Shown one piece after another: positions 8,592 to 18,300 of a stretch of DNA of 64,000 nucleotides. The notes beneath the pieces were generated by a model. It made no database searches. It was not told where the DNA came from and was given only the letters and a program-made list of their open reading frames with translations. A program made the translations under genes and the position numbers. This DNA is from Patescibacteria group bacterium (GTDB taxonomy: Bacteria > Patescibacteriota > Microgenomatia > UBA1406), in NCBI GenBank assembly GCA_041665145.1, contig JBAYJK010000002.1:232339-296338 (forward strand), written 5' to 3'. Numbering within the stretch: the first letter of the stretch is position 1; every line of letters starts with the position of its first letter.

Positions 8592-9410
8592 ATGAGAAAA
8601 ACTTTTTTGATCGCATGTGTTATCGGTATATTCACTTCGACTTTTTTGTGTATCGACAACGTCCGTCGATATCAGCCACGAGCCGTGTTTTGCGACATCG
8701 GTCAAGGCGATGGAACCTATATCCGCACATCGGACGGAATAGACGTCCTTGTTGACACAGGGCCAAACGATCGGATAATTACCTGTCTTGAGCATGAACT
8801 ACCCTACTTTGATCGGACAATTGAGGTTATGTTTCTTACTCACGCACAAAAAGATCATTCCGGTGGATTGGCTTCACTTGTAAGAAGCTTCTCCATTAAA
8901 CATATATTTACCGCTCCCGACTTCATCACCATTCCAAGCAATCAATATCAGACACTTATACAAACAATTCCTATTGAATGGCAGACGATCACTCAAGGAG
9001 ACGTACTTAATTTTCCCCGAAATATTATCACCGTTATTTGGCCGCCGGCTTTAACAGATAAAGATGCAGTGAACGCGAAGGAAGTAAATAATAGAGCGTT
9101 GGGACTTTCAATACGGTCCGAAAGCAAACATATTCTTCTGCTCGCTGATTTGGACGCTACTGAAGGCGAACGTGCACTTTCTAACATTTCATCTCCCAAT
9201 ACCATACTGAAAATAAGTCATCACGGCTCACAATACGGCACAAGCAAGAAACTATTATTGTTAGCAGAACCGATGCTTGCAGTGATAAGTGTCGGAAAAA
9301 ACAATTTTTATCATCATCCCCATAAATTAGTAATTGACTTACTGAAAGCCTTAAATATACCGTACAAACGAACAGATAGGGATGGAAGCATAACTATACC
9401 GTTGGAATAA
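8592..9410 (+). CDS. comEC: ComEC-type metallo-beta-lactamase-fold domain protein (separate ORF)
   Basis: 272 aa with an N-terminal TM and MBL-like motifs (DIGQGDGTYI, LTHAQKDHSGG, ISHHGS) typical of the ComEC C-terminal nuclease domain. It starts 2 nt after the previous ORF, in another frame. Confidence 0.8.
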   Translation: MRKTFLIACVIGIFTSTFLCIDNVRRYQPRAVFCDIGQGDGTYIRTSDGIDVLVDTGPNDRIITCLEHELPYFDRTIEVMFLTHAQKDHSGGLASLVRSFSIKHIFTAPDFITIPSNQYQTLIQTIPIEWQTITQGDVLNFPRNIITVIWPPALTDKDAVNAKEVNNRALGLSIRSESKHILLLADLDATEGERALSNISSPNTILKISHHGSQYGTSKKLLLLAEPMLAVISVGKNNFYHHPHKLVIDLLKALNIPYKRTDRDGSITIPLE

Positions 9411-9524
9411 ACTTCCAGTTTTCAATTTACAATTTTCAATCAATTTTTAAGGTTCAGTTTTTAACTGTAACTTCCCGGTATTGAAAACTGAATGAAAATT
9501 GAGAACTATAAATTGAAAATTGAG
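9411..9524. terminator. composite palindrome between convergent comEC-MBL and PaaX-like genes
   Basis: cagttttcaat (9415) and caattttcaat (9431) can pair in nested fashion with attgaaaactg (9479) and attgaaaattg (9512). Confidence 0.45.
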
Positions 9525-10265
9525 TTAAAGGAGTATTTTTCGCATTTCGTCGAATATATCGAACGCCTCGAATCCGATCCATGTTTTACCGACAAGCTCC
9601 TTGGGTAAACCAGGGTCTGTTTTGAGAATATCAAGGTACAGTTCAACCACTTGTTTCATCTTATCTTCTTTTTTGGTTGTGTCTGTTGAAAGCACCTCGT
9701 GCCATTTTTTGAAGATCTTTTTATACTGCTCTTCAAGCTTGCTAATACCCCATACTTTTTCCAGCAAAATTTTCGGGTCACCCAGTACCGGTGTACCCTC
9801 AAACGCTTGCACATATTCTGCTCCCTGCTCATTGTCCGTGATTCTTTTCAACTCCTCGGTGATGGGATGCGGCGTCAGCCAGAACGATCTGTGCCATGGG
9901 CCAAGACCCCAACCGCTTACTTCTCGCCGAAGGCTATCGCGTAACGAGCGTTTACGCTCGGGAATTTCGTATGAAACAATGCGCATTTTTTGATCCCACG
10001 GAAATACAAGAAAACGTACAAACGGAAAAGCAAGTGACAACTCTTTGACACCGTCTTCCGTTATACGAAACACACCCGTGTCTTCTTTTGTGATTACCTT
10101 GTCTGTCAACATAAGCCTGATTGTTCCTCGAGATCTGGGAGAATCTGCCGGCAACGAAAATACATGTTTTACCTCGCTACTGAATATATTGTGACCAGAA
10201 TCTCTCCCCAACAAAAATAGCGTGAGAAGAATTCTTTTTCGCCGTTCTTTTATTGCAGCTTGCAT
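9525..10265 (-). CDS. PaaX-like transcriptional regulator (C-terminal PaaX domain pattern)
   Basis: The motif WDQKMRIVSYEIPERKRSLRDSLRREVSGWGLGPWHRSFWLTP fits the PaaX_C pattern W..W.hV.Y.IPE..R..R..L...L...G. I prefer the start at MQAAIKERRK (10265) over the track start at 10346. Confidence 0.55.
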   Translation of the reverse strand: MQAAIKERRKRILLTLFLLGRDSGHNIFSSEVKHVFSLPADSPRSRGTIRLMLTDKVITKEDTGVFRITEDGVKELSLAFPFVRFLVFPWDQKMRIVSYEIPERKRSLRDSLRREVSGWGLGPWHRSFWLTPHPITEELKRITDNEQGAEYVQAFEGTPVLGDPKILLEKVWGISKLEEQYKKIFKKWHEVLSTDTTKKEDKMKQVVELYLDILKTDPGLPKELVGKTWIGFEAFDIFDEMRKILL

Positions 10266-10408
10266 AATCGCACTTATAATAGCAGACGTGAAAAAAATGT
10301 CAACACCAGTAGTGATTGAGCAATGTACTTGACAAATAAAAAGCATTGTACATAATGAATTAAGCGCAGTATTTTTATATTAGAAATCATTAATTAACAT
10401 TACATTAA

Positions 10409-11854
10409 ATGAAATCTGTTAAAGGGTTCTCTTCTTATTTTGTTGCAATCGTCTTTTTATTTGTTACGGTCGCGTTTCAACTAGTAAAGCCGGCACAGGC
10501 AGCTGTCCCATTCACCCAGGCATATAGTACGTTGACAAACTCAAGATTCTCATTTAAAGGATCTCTGGCAAGTGGAATTTCAACGGGCAATGCGGTTGCA
10601 ACTATTGCAGGGTCGGGTTTTTCTGACAACAACACACAAAACCTGTTTAATGGAGATGTGATCTGTCTAAATGGTAATACCGGCAAAGGTTGTATCGGAG
10701 GAACGACTTTCACTGTTAATAACGTGTTGAATGCAACCTCACTTGCCTTTACCCCTACTCTGACTGGGTCAGCAATGGCCGGAGATTCTGTCGTTTCCAC
10801 TCAGAGCGGCCAGATGACCATTTCGTTCAGACCGACTACAAATATTGCTTCGGGTTCAAAAGTCATTCTTTTGATTCCGGCAACATCAGTGGCAGCGCAT
10901 CATAATGATGGTATTCCAGACAGTAGCGGATTTGATTCTGCAGAGCTACCTGCCGACTTGCTTGCAGGAACGTGTGCAGCAAATGTTTGTTTCAGCCCCA
11001 GCGGGTTCACTGTCTCTGCGGTTGCTCTTGCCGCTGCAATAACGAATCACACCATTACTATTACAACAAGCGCAGCATTGAATAACTCTACAACCTATTC
11101 GTTCACCCTCGGTCATGCATCTAATGCCAAATTACGGTTTCTCAACCCATCACCCGCTGGCACTACTCACACCCGCGGCGTCTCCGATACGTACTCGTTT
11201 AATCTTACAACCAAGGATTCGGGAGAAACAATAACGTATGATGAGACGAATATGAAGGTAGCTCCTATTGACGGCGTGTTCGTTTCGGCAAATGTAGAAC
11301 TCAGTATTTCATATAGTATTAATGACGGTTCGAACGGGTATTCCGGCAACATTAACTCAGCCGTTACCATAACACAGTGTCCCGGAACATGGACAACAAC
11401 CTCAGCAACCACCGCAACAGCCGTACCGTTCGGTTCCATCTTGAACTTTGATTCTTTTTATCGGGCTGCGCAATCACACTACGTGGTAACCAACGCGACA
11501 AATGGTTTTGATCTGACGGTAAAATATGATAATCCGCTTACCAGCGGTGCAAATCAAATTGCAGACGGTGGGTGTGATACTTCGCCTTCATGTACGACCA
11601 CCAGTCAACAGGCATGGAGCACATCAACATTCAACGGTTTCGGATATACCCTCGGAAACATTACCGGTTCTGAAGCGGCGTGGACAGGTGATACTTACAG
11701 AATTTTCGGCTCAACGCCGGTTACCATTATGAGCAAAGCGACTCCATCAACCGGATCACGCATCGCTATGTGTTACCAACTTTCGGTAGATGCGACACAA
11801 CCAAACGGATTGTACTATAACAAGTTGACGTACGTCGCTACGCCGAAGTTTTAA
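10409..11854 (+). CDS. secreted WxL-domain-like surface protein (long paralogue)
   Basis: 481 aa with a signal peptide ending AQA and a Thr/Ser/Ala-rich beta region. The C-terminal motifs QQAWSTSTFNGFGY and GLYYNKLTYVATPKF parallel those of ORF 5534..6295. Confidence 0.45.
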   Translation: MKSVKGFSSYFVAIVFLFVTVAFQLVKPAQAAVPFTQAYSTLTNSRFSFKGSLASGISTGNAVATIAGSGFSDNNTQNLFNGDVICLNGNTGKGCIGGTTFTVNNVLNATSLAFTPTLTGSAMAGDSVVSTQSGQMTISFRPTTNIASGSKVILLIPATSVAAHHNDGIPDSSGFDSAELPADLLAGTCAANVCFSPSGFTVSAVALAAAITNHTITITTSAALNNSTTYSFTLGHASNAKLRFLNPSPAGTTHTRGVSDTYSFNLTTKDSGETITYDETNMKVAPIDGVFVSANVELSISYSINDGSNGYSGNINSAVTITQCPGTWTTTSATTATAVPFGSILNFDSFYRAAQSHYVVTNATNGFDLTVKYDNPLTSGANQIADGGCDTSPSCTTTSQQAWSTSTFNGFGYTLGNITGSEAAWTGDTYRIFGSTPVTIMSKATPSTGSRIAMCYQLSVDATQPNGLYYNKLTYVATPKF

Positions 11855-11876
11855 TAATTTAAAAACAAATAAGAAT

Positions 11877-12905
11877 ATGAGAATATTAGGTAGCATAGCA
11901 AAAAATGTAGCTAAATTAGCCCTATATTCCTATATTCCTATATTCCTATATTCTTTTGTATCTACTGTACATGCTCAAGCAAATTTTTCCATAACCGCGT
12001 TTCCGGCAATAATCGATCAGAGAGTCGAGCCCAATCAACAAACACGGCTACTTGTTCAATTCAAGAATAATTCTGATAAAACAATTATCGGATCAGTAAA
12101 GGTGGCGAACTACACTATCAAGAACAAAGAAGGCGATATTATGTTGGTCGATGATCCGAACGTTAAGCTGAAATATGCAGCCGCATCATGGATAACTCCC
12201 GATGTTGATCAGATTGCAATACCAGCCAATAACTATGTAGCGGTCAATCTCACGGTGAAAACACCCGCAGAACTTAATACCTGTGGGAACTATGCAATCG
12301 CCTATTTCGAATACGATCAAGGACTCCAACCCGGCGCATCGGCTATTACACAATCATCTTCAACACTTGCCGCAAAGATTGGATCGCTTATAAACTTAAG
12401 CACAGTAAGTAAGAGTTGCGTTGAGAAAGTTACTGTTTCGAGCTTTAAGTATCCGGGTTTTCTTGAATTCGGTCCGGTAAAAGTTGACTTTGATCTTTTG
12501 AATTCGGGAAATGTACACGCACAGCCTATGGGAAAACTTGTATTGAGAGATATGCTGAATAATGTTGTTGAAGAAGTGAAACTAAAGGATCAACGCATAT
12601 TCCCGGAGACAGCCAAAGCATATTCAGGCAAGATCGGACCCCAATGGCTATTGGGTCGTTTTGCCATCGAATTGAAAGCCGTATACGGAGAGAATAACAC
12701 CCCACTTACACATACCGCTTACTTATGGATAATCCCATGGCGGCTTGTTGTCGTAGTGCTTCTCGCGCTCTTGATAGTTGCAATAATACTGAGGAGTATA
12801 TTCGGCAAAGTTGTACATCGTGAAGAAGAGCTGGAAACTAAGCTCAAAGAGGAAGAAAAAGAGATTGATGAGCTCAAGAAAATACTTCGTGGAAAAAAAG
12901 AGTAA
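11877..12905 (+). CDS. secreted surface protein with C-terminal membrane anchor, DUF916/DUF3324-like architecture
   Basis: 342 aa. It has a signal peptide (…VSTVHA), a DUF916-like N-domain (FSITAFPAIIDQRVEPNQ…FKNNSDK…AASWITPD), a C-terminal TM (LVVVVLLALLIVAIIL) and a charged coiled tail. Confidence 0.5.
   Translation: MRILGSIAKNVAKLALYSYIPIFLYSFVSTVHAQANFSITAFPAIIDQRVEPNQQTRLLVQFKNNSDKTIIGSVKVANYTIKNKEGDIMLVDDPNVKLKYAAASWITPDVDQIAIPANNYVAVNLTVKTPAELNTCGNYAIAYFEYDQGLQPGASAITQSSSTLAAKIGSLINLSTVSKSCVEKVTVSSFKYPGFLEFGPVKVDFDLLNSGNVHAQPMGKLVLRDMLNNVVEEVKLKDQRIFPETAKAYSGKIGPQWLLGRFAIELKAVYGENNTPLTHTAYLWIIPWRLVVVVLLALLIVAIILRSIFGKVVHREEELETKLKEEEKEIDELKKILRGKKE
11921..11952 (+). repeat. octamer tandem repeat CCTATATT x4 in signal-peptide codons
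   Basis: Four perfect copies at 11921-11952 encode LYSYIPIFLYS within the signal peptide of ORF 11877..12905. Confidence 0.95.
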
Positions 12906-13821
12906 ATTCTTTATATTTCTTATAGGAATTGCCGGCAGTCTCGGTGGCATCTATACAGCGAAGTTCCCCATTACTCAACACAGGTCCCCTGAAGCTCGTC
13001 AAGTGCTCGCTGAAGTAGATGTATCAGCTTCAGTAGGTTATGCCCCAGTTGCGTATACATTGTTCGGGTACACCTCTTCACTTGCCCTCGTTAAGCTTGA
13101 GGGTGTAGGTGTTTCTGAGGAAACTCACGCACGATCAGATGGTTATTTTGAATTCACAAACTTTTATGCCCCGCGAAACAGCAATGAATTCTGTTTGACA
13201 CCGATTGACACTGACCAGCTTGTCGGCACACCTTTGTGCATTGTCGCCCCCGTAGACGTGCAAGGTAAGCGATTTGGGCCCTATTTGCTCTCACCGACGA
13301 TCTCAGTAGCCACTGGCAATCCCCAAACCGGGCAATCCGATGCAGTATCAGGCAAAACGATACCCGGAACACTTGTTACCATCAATACCTTTGATGATCC
13401 GGATCGTCAAACACTCGCACTTGTTCCACATGCCTACGCAGCACGAAGCAAAAAAATTACAGCAACATCAAATGCAGACGGAAGTTTTAGTACACAGATA
13501 ACAGCTGAACAATCCGGAAAGATACGGGTTTTCGCGCAGTCTGTTTTTGAATCTCAAAAAACACCAAAAAGTAACACACTAACACTCACTATTTTTAGCG
13601 CATGGTTCACCGCTTTCATGCTTATGCTGGGATTATTGAGGAACCTGATCAATTGGAACATAATTATATTATTGCAGGTTAGTGTTCTGTTGTTCATTCT
13701 CTATAAACGGATCCATATGCATCATGTCTACCGACATAAGCAACGCGCATTGTTGTTACGCAGACAAAATCTTCCAATGATCGAGCCCGAACGGGAATTG
13801 GTGAAGATTAATAGAACTTAA
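12868..13821 (+). CDS. membrane protein with carboxypeptidase-regulatory-like (Ig-like) domains
   Basis: N-terminal TM (FFIFLIGIAGSLGG). SDGYFEFTNF and ADGSFSTQI motifs are typical of CarboxypepD_reg-like beta-sandwiches. C-terminal TMs are present. The ATG at 12868 (or the GTG at 12889) is preferred to the track start at 12811. Confidence 0.55.
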   Translation: MSSRKYFVEKKSKFFIFLIGIAGSLGGIYTAKFPITQHRSPEARQVLAEVDVSASVGYAPVAYTLFGYTSSLALVKLEGVGVSEETHARSDGYFEFTNFYAPRNSNEFCLTPIDTDQLVGTPLCIVAPVDVQGKRFGPYLLSPTISVATGNPQTGQSDAVSGKTIPGTLVTINTFDDPDRQTLALVPHAYAARSKKITATSNADGSFSTQITAEQSGKIRVFAQSVFESQKTPKSNTLTLTIFSAWFTAFMLMLGLLRNLINWNIIILLQVSVLLFILYKRIHMHHVYRHKQRALLLRRQNLPMIEPERELVKINRT

Positions 13822-14230
13822 GTCGCACACCTTCTGTTGCTTTAGTTCCGTTTACCAGTGCTTCTACGAAATAATCCCCTTTTAGGCTTGTGTAAGCGTC
13901 AAACACAGCTCTACCATACGTATCAGTGGTGGATTGGACTGACTCCATGGTGAGTTCTTTGGTATAGTCGAGTACTACTTGTTTGCCCGGAACTCCCCTT
14001 CCCTGATTGTTCAGTAGAAAAACTGTGATACGTATTCGGTCATTGTTGTTGGCAAGCGCTTGCAATGGGCTAAGAAAGATATACGAATTATCTACTGAAA
14101 ATGAAGCCTCAGTTCCTACACCGCTTGCACGGCTTTGGAACAAGAAACGTACATTCAGCGAGAAGCTTAAGAGTAAAAGTAGTAGCAGCAATCCAAGCAA
14201 CATCACACTCGACTTACGAAGTAGTTCCAT
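13808..14230 (-). CDS. small secreted/anchored protein with bacterial Ig-like (Big_1/invasin-like) domain
   Basis: 140 aa with an N-terminal hydrophobic leader (LLGLLLLLLLL). The motif GRGVPGKQVVL…TDTYGRAVFDAYTS is typical of Big-type Ig folds. Confidence 0.5.
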   Translation of the reverse strand: MELLRKSSVMLLGLLLLLLLLSFSLNVRFLFQSRASGVGTEASFSVDNSYIFLSPLQALANNNDRIRITVFLLNNQGRGVPGKQVVLDYTKELTMESVQSTTDTYGRAVFDAYTSLKGDYFVEALVNGTKATEGVRLKFY

Positions 14231-14653
14231 ACATCCATTATATACGGTGGAAATCGGTTAGCAACAGACACTTAATACCGCAGGGTAACAGCAAATTTCA
14301 ATCAGCAAAAAGGCTTAGCAGCACAGATGCCCAAATGCTATTCGTTGCATAAATGCTTTCACCTACCCTAAGACCTTTCTTAAAAAGCGCGAAAATACAG
14401 AGAGTGTATTTCACAAAAACAGGTAGATGTTCTCAATCTATTGCAAGAAATTGCCCGAATTATGATCAGAATAGATGCAGTTCGTTATTACTATTATATA
14501 TATGCTATAGGATTGTAGTACAGTTTGATGCATTTGTAGAAGGCAGAAAAGTTTACGGGAATATGTAGAAATTCGTGAAAATACTACTACAGGATGTTAT
14601 ATGATGTTTTGAGCTACTATAACTAAGTATATCAATATAGTCACAAATGCCTC

Positions 14654-14682
14654 TTGACAATTAATCTCTCTCTATTAATAAT
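14654..14682 (+). promoter_or_regulatory. sigma70-type promoter of the giant-protein locus
   Basis: TTGACA at 14654-14659, a 17-nt spacer, then AATAAT at 14677-14682. The ATG at 14692 is only 9 nt downstream, so the leader is very short or absent. Confidence 0.5.
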
Positions 14683-14691
14683 GTACTTAAT

Positions 14692-15189
14692 ATGGATAAC
14701 CAGTATAATTTGTATAATTTCGAGTTCAAATTTGCAGACTATCTCCAAGCCAAGAAATATGGTCAGGTTACTGTCAAAAGCTACATCAGTGACTTGCATT
14801 TATTTCTTGAGTGGCTAGCTCAAGTGATAGACATGCAGTCAATAAGGCTTTCTGTCAGCCCCGAGCTTGCAGTGGTACAGTTAATGACTGTTCCAACGCT
14901 CCATGGATATTTTTCAGATCTGATTGCACGAAAAGCGCCAAATAAAACAGTTCTGAGACGGTTGAGTGGCTTACAGTTATTTTGCACGTTCTGTATCGAT
15001 CAACAATGGATAACCGTGAATCCTATCAAAGAACTCCGAAAAGCGCTTTACCCGGCCCGTCAAAACAATCCGTTTTCTGTCATGTCTGAGTTCAAAACCT
15101 TTCTACAATCTGAGCACACTTCAACCTCAACAATAAAAAATTATCTGGCCGATATCAGAGAGCTTATTAAAATTACAAGTTCAATCTAA
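14692..15189 (+). CDS. tyrosine-recombinase core-binding (phage-integrase SAM-like N-terminal) domain protein, no catalytic domain
   Basis: 165 aa. Residues 10-115 follow the XerC/D CB-domain pattern (F..YL…TVKSYISDLHLFLEWL … LRRLSGLQLFCTFCIDQQWITVNP). The last 35 aa start a second CB domain (FKTFLQSEHTSTSTIKNYLADIRELI) and then hit a TAA. Confidence 0.7.
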   Translation: MDNQYNLYNFEFKFADYLQAKKYGQVTVKSYISDLHLFLEWLAQVIDMQSIRLSVSPELAVVQLMTVPTLHGYFSDLIARKAPNKTVLRRLSGLQLFCTFCIDQQWITVNPIKELRKALYPARQNNPFSVMSEFKTFLQSEHTSTSTIKNYLADIRELIKITSSI

Positions 15190-15195
15190 CCAAAC

Positions 15196-15360
15196 ATGAT
15201 TGCACGTTTTCATCGCGTACTTAAGTCGGTAGTTTCCTATTTGGAGCTTCTTGATCCTGCAAAGGAAGGATCAGCATATTTAAAAAGAGAATTGGCCAGA
15301 CGAGGGCAAACCAATACAATGTCCATAGGTCTCAGAGGCAAAATGCTATTTTTGAAGTAA
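15196..15360 (+). CDS. 54-codon ORF between two in-frame TAA stops (doubtful as an independent gene)
   Basis: An ATG at 15196 and a TAA at 15358-15360, in the same frame as both flanking ORFs. I recognise no motif. Confidence 0.15.
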   Translation: MIARFHRVLKSVVSYLELLDPAKEGSAYLKRELARRGQTNTMSIGLRGKMLFLK

Positions 15361-15372
15361 CGACAGTTTTTC

Positions 15373-18300
15373 ATGACAGAGAACCTCTTTTCGCCAGAGA
15401 AAGTAAGCAACTATATCGCTGCATTGCGACAAAGTGGTAATTCTGAGGCTACAATTAAACGAAAACTGTCGTCCGTATCTAAATTTGCTCAATGGGCGCT
15501 ACAAAAAGGTATAATTACAAGCGAAGAACTTAAGCATTTGGAGTCTGAATCTGCTAAACTCCGTTCCGAGTTCGCACCTCAGCAAACCCATGTTCAGCCT
15601 CAACACGAACCAAAGCCTTTTGAGAAAGCCCAAAACCTGAAAAAGTTTTTATCGCCTCAACAGTATTTTCTTGTTACACGGCGCCATTTGCTCGCAACTG
15701 TCGGAACAATTGTGCTTTTGTTCGGTTTTGCTGTTGGATTGTATAATCAATTTTTCAGCAAGGCATCAATTAATCTTGCTTACCCATCGAGCCCGACCAG
15801 AGCGGGAAGAATTTTGAACTTTCAAGGTTTTCTTACCGACAGTTCCGCGACCCCGATTACCGCTCCCATCAATATGCGCTTCAGATTGTATGACGACCCT
15901 TCTGCTGGAACAATGCTCTATGATTCAGGAACCTGCTCGATTACACCTGACATAGCCGGAGGAGTTGTGAACGTTATGGTAGGTACGAATACGCCTGCTG
16001 GGTACAGCTGTGGCGCTGAAATTGACACTGATACATTTACTAGAAACACGAACGTATATTTAGGTGTGACTGTTGGAGGTGATCCAGAGATGGGTCCGCG
16101 TCAACAAGTAGCAAATGTAGGTTACGCAATAAACTCAGAAACACTACAAGGCTTGCCACCAGGGACAGATAAATCCACCATTCCCTTTATCAATCAATTT
16201 GGTAACTTGCTAATTGCCACGTCTACCCCCGGTATACGTTCAACACTGTCAAGTGAGACCTTCCAGATCTCAAGCGCCAACTCACTCACTCTCATGTCAG
16301 CCGGTGCTGGTGACATAACACTGAATGCAACTCAGAGCGGTGCCATTAAGTTCATAACAGCCAACTCTTCAGGTAATCAGATACAAGCGTCAGACGTTAA
16401 CCTTACTTCAGGTAGCTTGTATTATGGTTACGTTGGTAATGACCTTGGTGGATACAACTTACTGCAATTGCAAAGCGGTTCTGTGCCTGAAGACCAATTC
16501 ACCGTAAGTTCTTCTGGTCAAGGGTACTTTGCCGGAAATGTTGGAGTAGGAACTACCAATCCCTCAGCCCGTTTACATGTTGCAGGTAACCTTAAGGTGG
16601 ACAGCTATGCTACTGTTTCAGCAGGACTTAACGTAGGATATTCCACAATGTTACCGGGCGGAGGAAATGGTGTATTCTCAGGACGTGTCGGCATCGGCAT
16701 CTCGAATCCGACATACCTGTTGGATGTCCAGGGAGGTGCGGGTGTTGTTGGACAATTCAGCGGACGGGTAATTGGTGCGGGAGGACTTAATTCTAACGAG
16801 TTCGTAACCGTATCTCAATTAACCGCAGCTTCTCTCTGGCAGGAAAATTCAGGAGCACTCTCCCCTGTTCACATAACCAATGATTTGCTTATTGGCCGTA
16901 TTGCCACGCCTTCAGCCGCAACACACGATTACTTCCAAGTATTCGGAACCGGAGCAACTGCCGGGGATGCGTCTTCTTCTGGTATTTTAACACTTGGTAC
17001 AAACCGATCATCTGGACTTATTCATACCGAACGCATGCTTCCTCTTGTTCTAGGCAATGCAACCACCGGGTCAGTCCAGTTATCACCTAAAGGCACGACG
17101 GGATTGTTTGTTGCAGGAAATGGTAATGTCGGAGTGGGAACGATTGATCCGGCAGCTTCACTTGACGTAAACGGATTGATAAAAGTGCTCGGGACTGCGG
17201 CAGGAGGAATACAATTCGGAACCACAGGACAAGGTCAAATTTACCGAAACGGGTCATCCGGAGATCTGTACTTTACACCCCAAGCGGGGCACAACTTTTT
17301 AGTAGATAGCGGCAATGTAGGAATAGGAACAACCACACCAGGTAGTCCATTACAAGTTAATGGCTCAGCCGCCCTCGGGTACTCTGCTGCAACCGTCGGA
17401 CCGGCAAACGGACTTGCTGTTTCGGGAAATGTAGGAATAGGAACAACAAGTCCCGCTCAAAAATTGAACGTCGTGGGAAACATACAAGTCGAGGATGCAA
17501 ATAACAGGTATATTGGCTTTGCAAATGGTACCGGAACCTTTTACAGAGGGATGTATTCCAGTACTCTCACTTCGGGATTCGCGCTTCGCCTCATTACATC
17601 CGCTTCAGGCAATACTGACCCATTTATAATTCTTGGTTCCAGTGCCGGAGGTGTGACAAACGCGATGACGGTTAACGTGTTGACGGGAAACGTAGGTATC
17701 GGAACAACTGCTCCCACAGCTAAATTACAAGTTGTGGGTGATTTAAAAGTCGACTCGTATGCAACTGTTTCAGCAGGTCTTGCTGTTGGGTATTCATCTG
17801 TGGTTGCGGGCGGAGGAAATGGTGTATTCTCGGGAAGAATCGGCATCGGTACCTCTACCCCAGCCTATCTTCTCGACGTTTCAGGAGGGACAGGAATTGT
17901 CGGGCAATTTAGCGGCAGGGTAATTGGAGCGAACGGAATCAACTCAAATGAATTTGTAACCGTATCCCAATTGACCGCTAATTCATTGTGGCAAGAGAAT
18001 TTGGGTGCGCTCTCCCCTGTCCACATAACCGATGATCTGCTGATCGGCCGCATCGCCACACCTTCAGCTGCAACACAGGATTACTTCCAAGTATTCGGAA
18101 CGGGTACAACTGCAGGAGACGCATCTTCTTCCGGAATTTTGACTCTTGGGACCAATAGAGCTTCTGGAGTTATTGGTACCGCACGCATGCTTCCTCTGGT
18201 ACTTGGAAGTTCAACTACCGGCTCAGTTCAATTGTCACCAAAGGGTACGACGGGATTGTTTGTAGATGGTACGGGAAATGTGGGAGCGGGAACAAGCGCA

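Noticed and set aside
12811-12867. N-terminal extensions proposed by the ORF track (12811, 33486 GTG, 34114, 36668, 54444, 58097, 63395, 10346, 7153).
   Set aside because: Each extension overlaps the preceding gene or a hairpin and lacks family-typical sequence. Internal ATGs give canonical N-termini (signal peptides, HTH, the RayT start), so the shorter models were used.
14353-14568. A 71-aa ORF in the AT-rich spacer upstream of the giant locus.
   Set aside because: It has no SD or promoter context and no motif. An ORF of this size is expected by chance in a 460-bp region.
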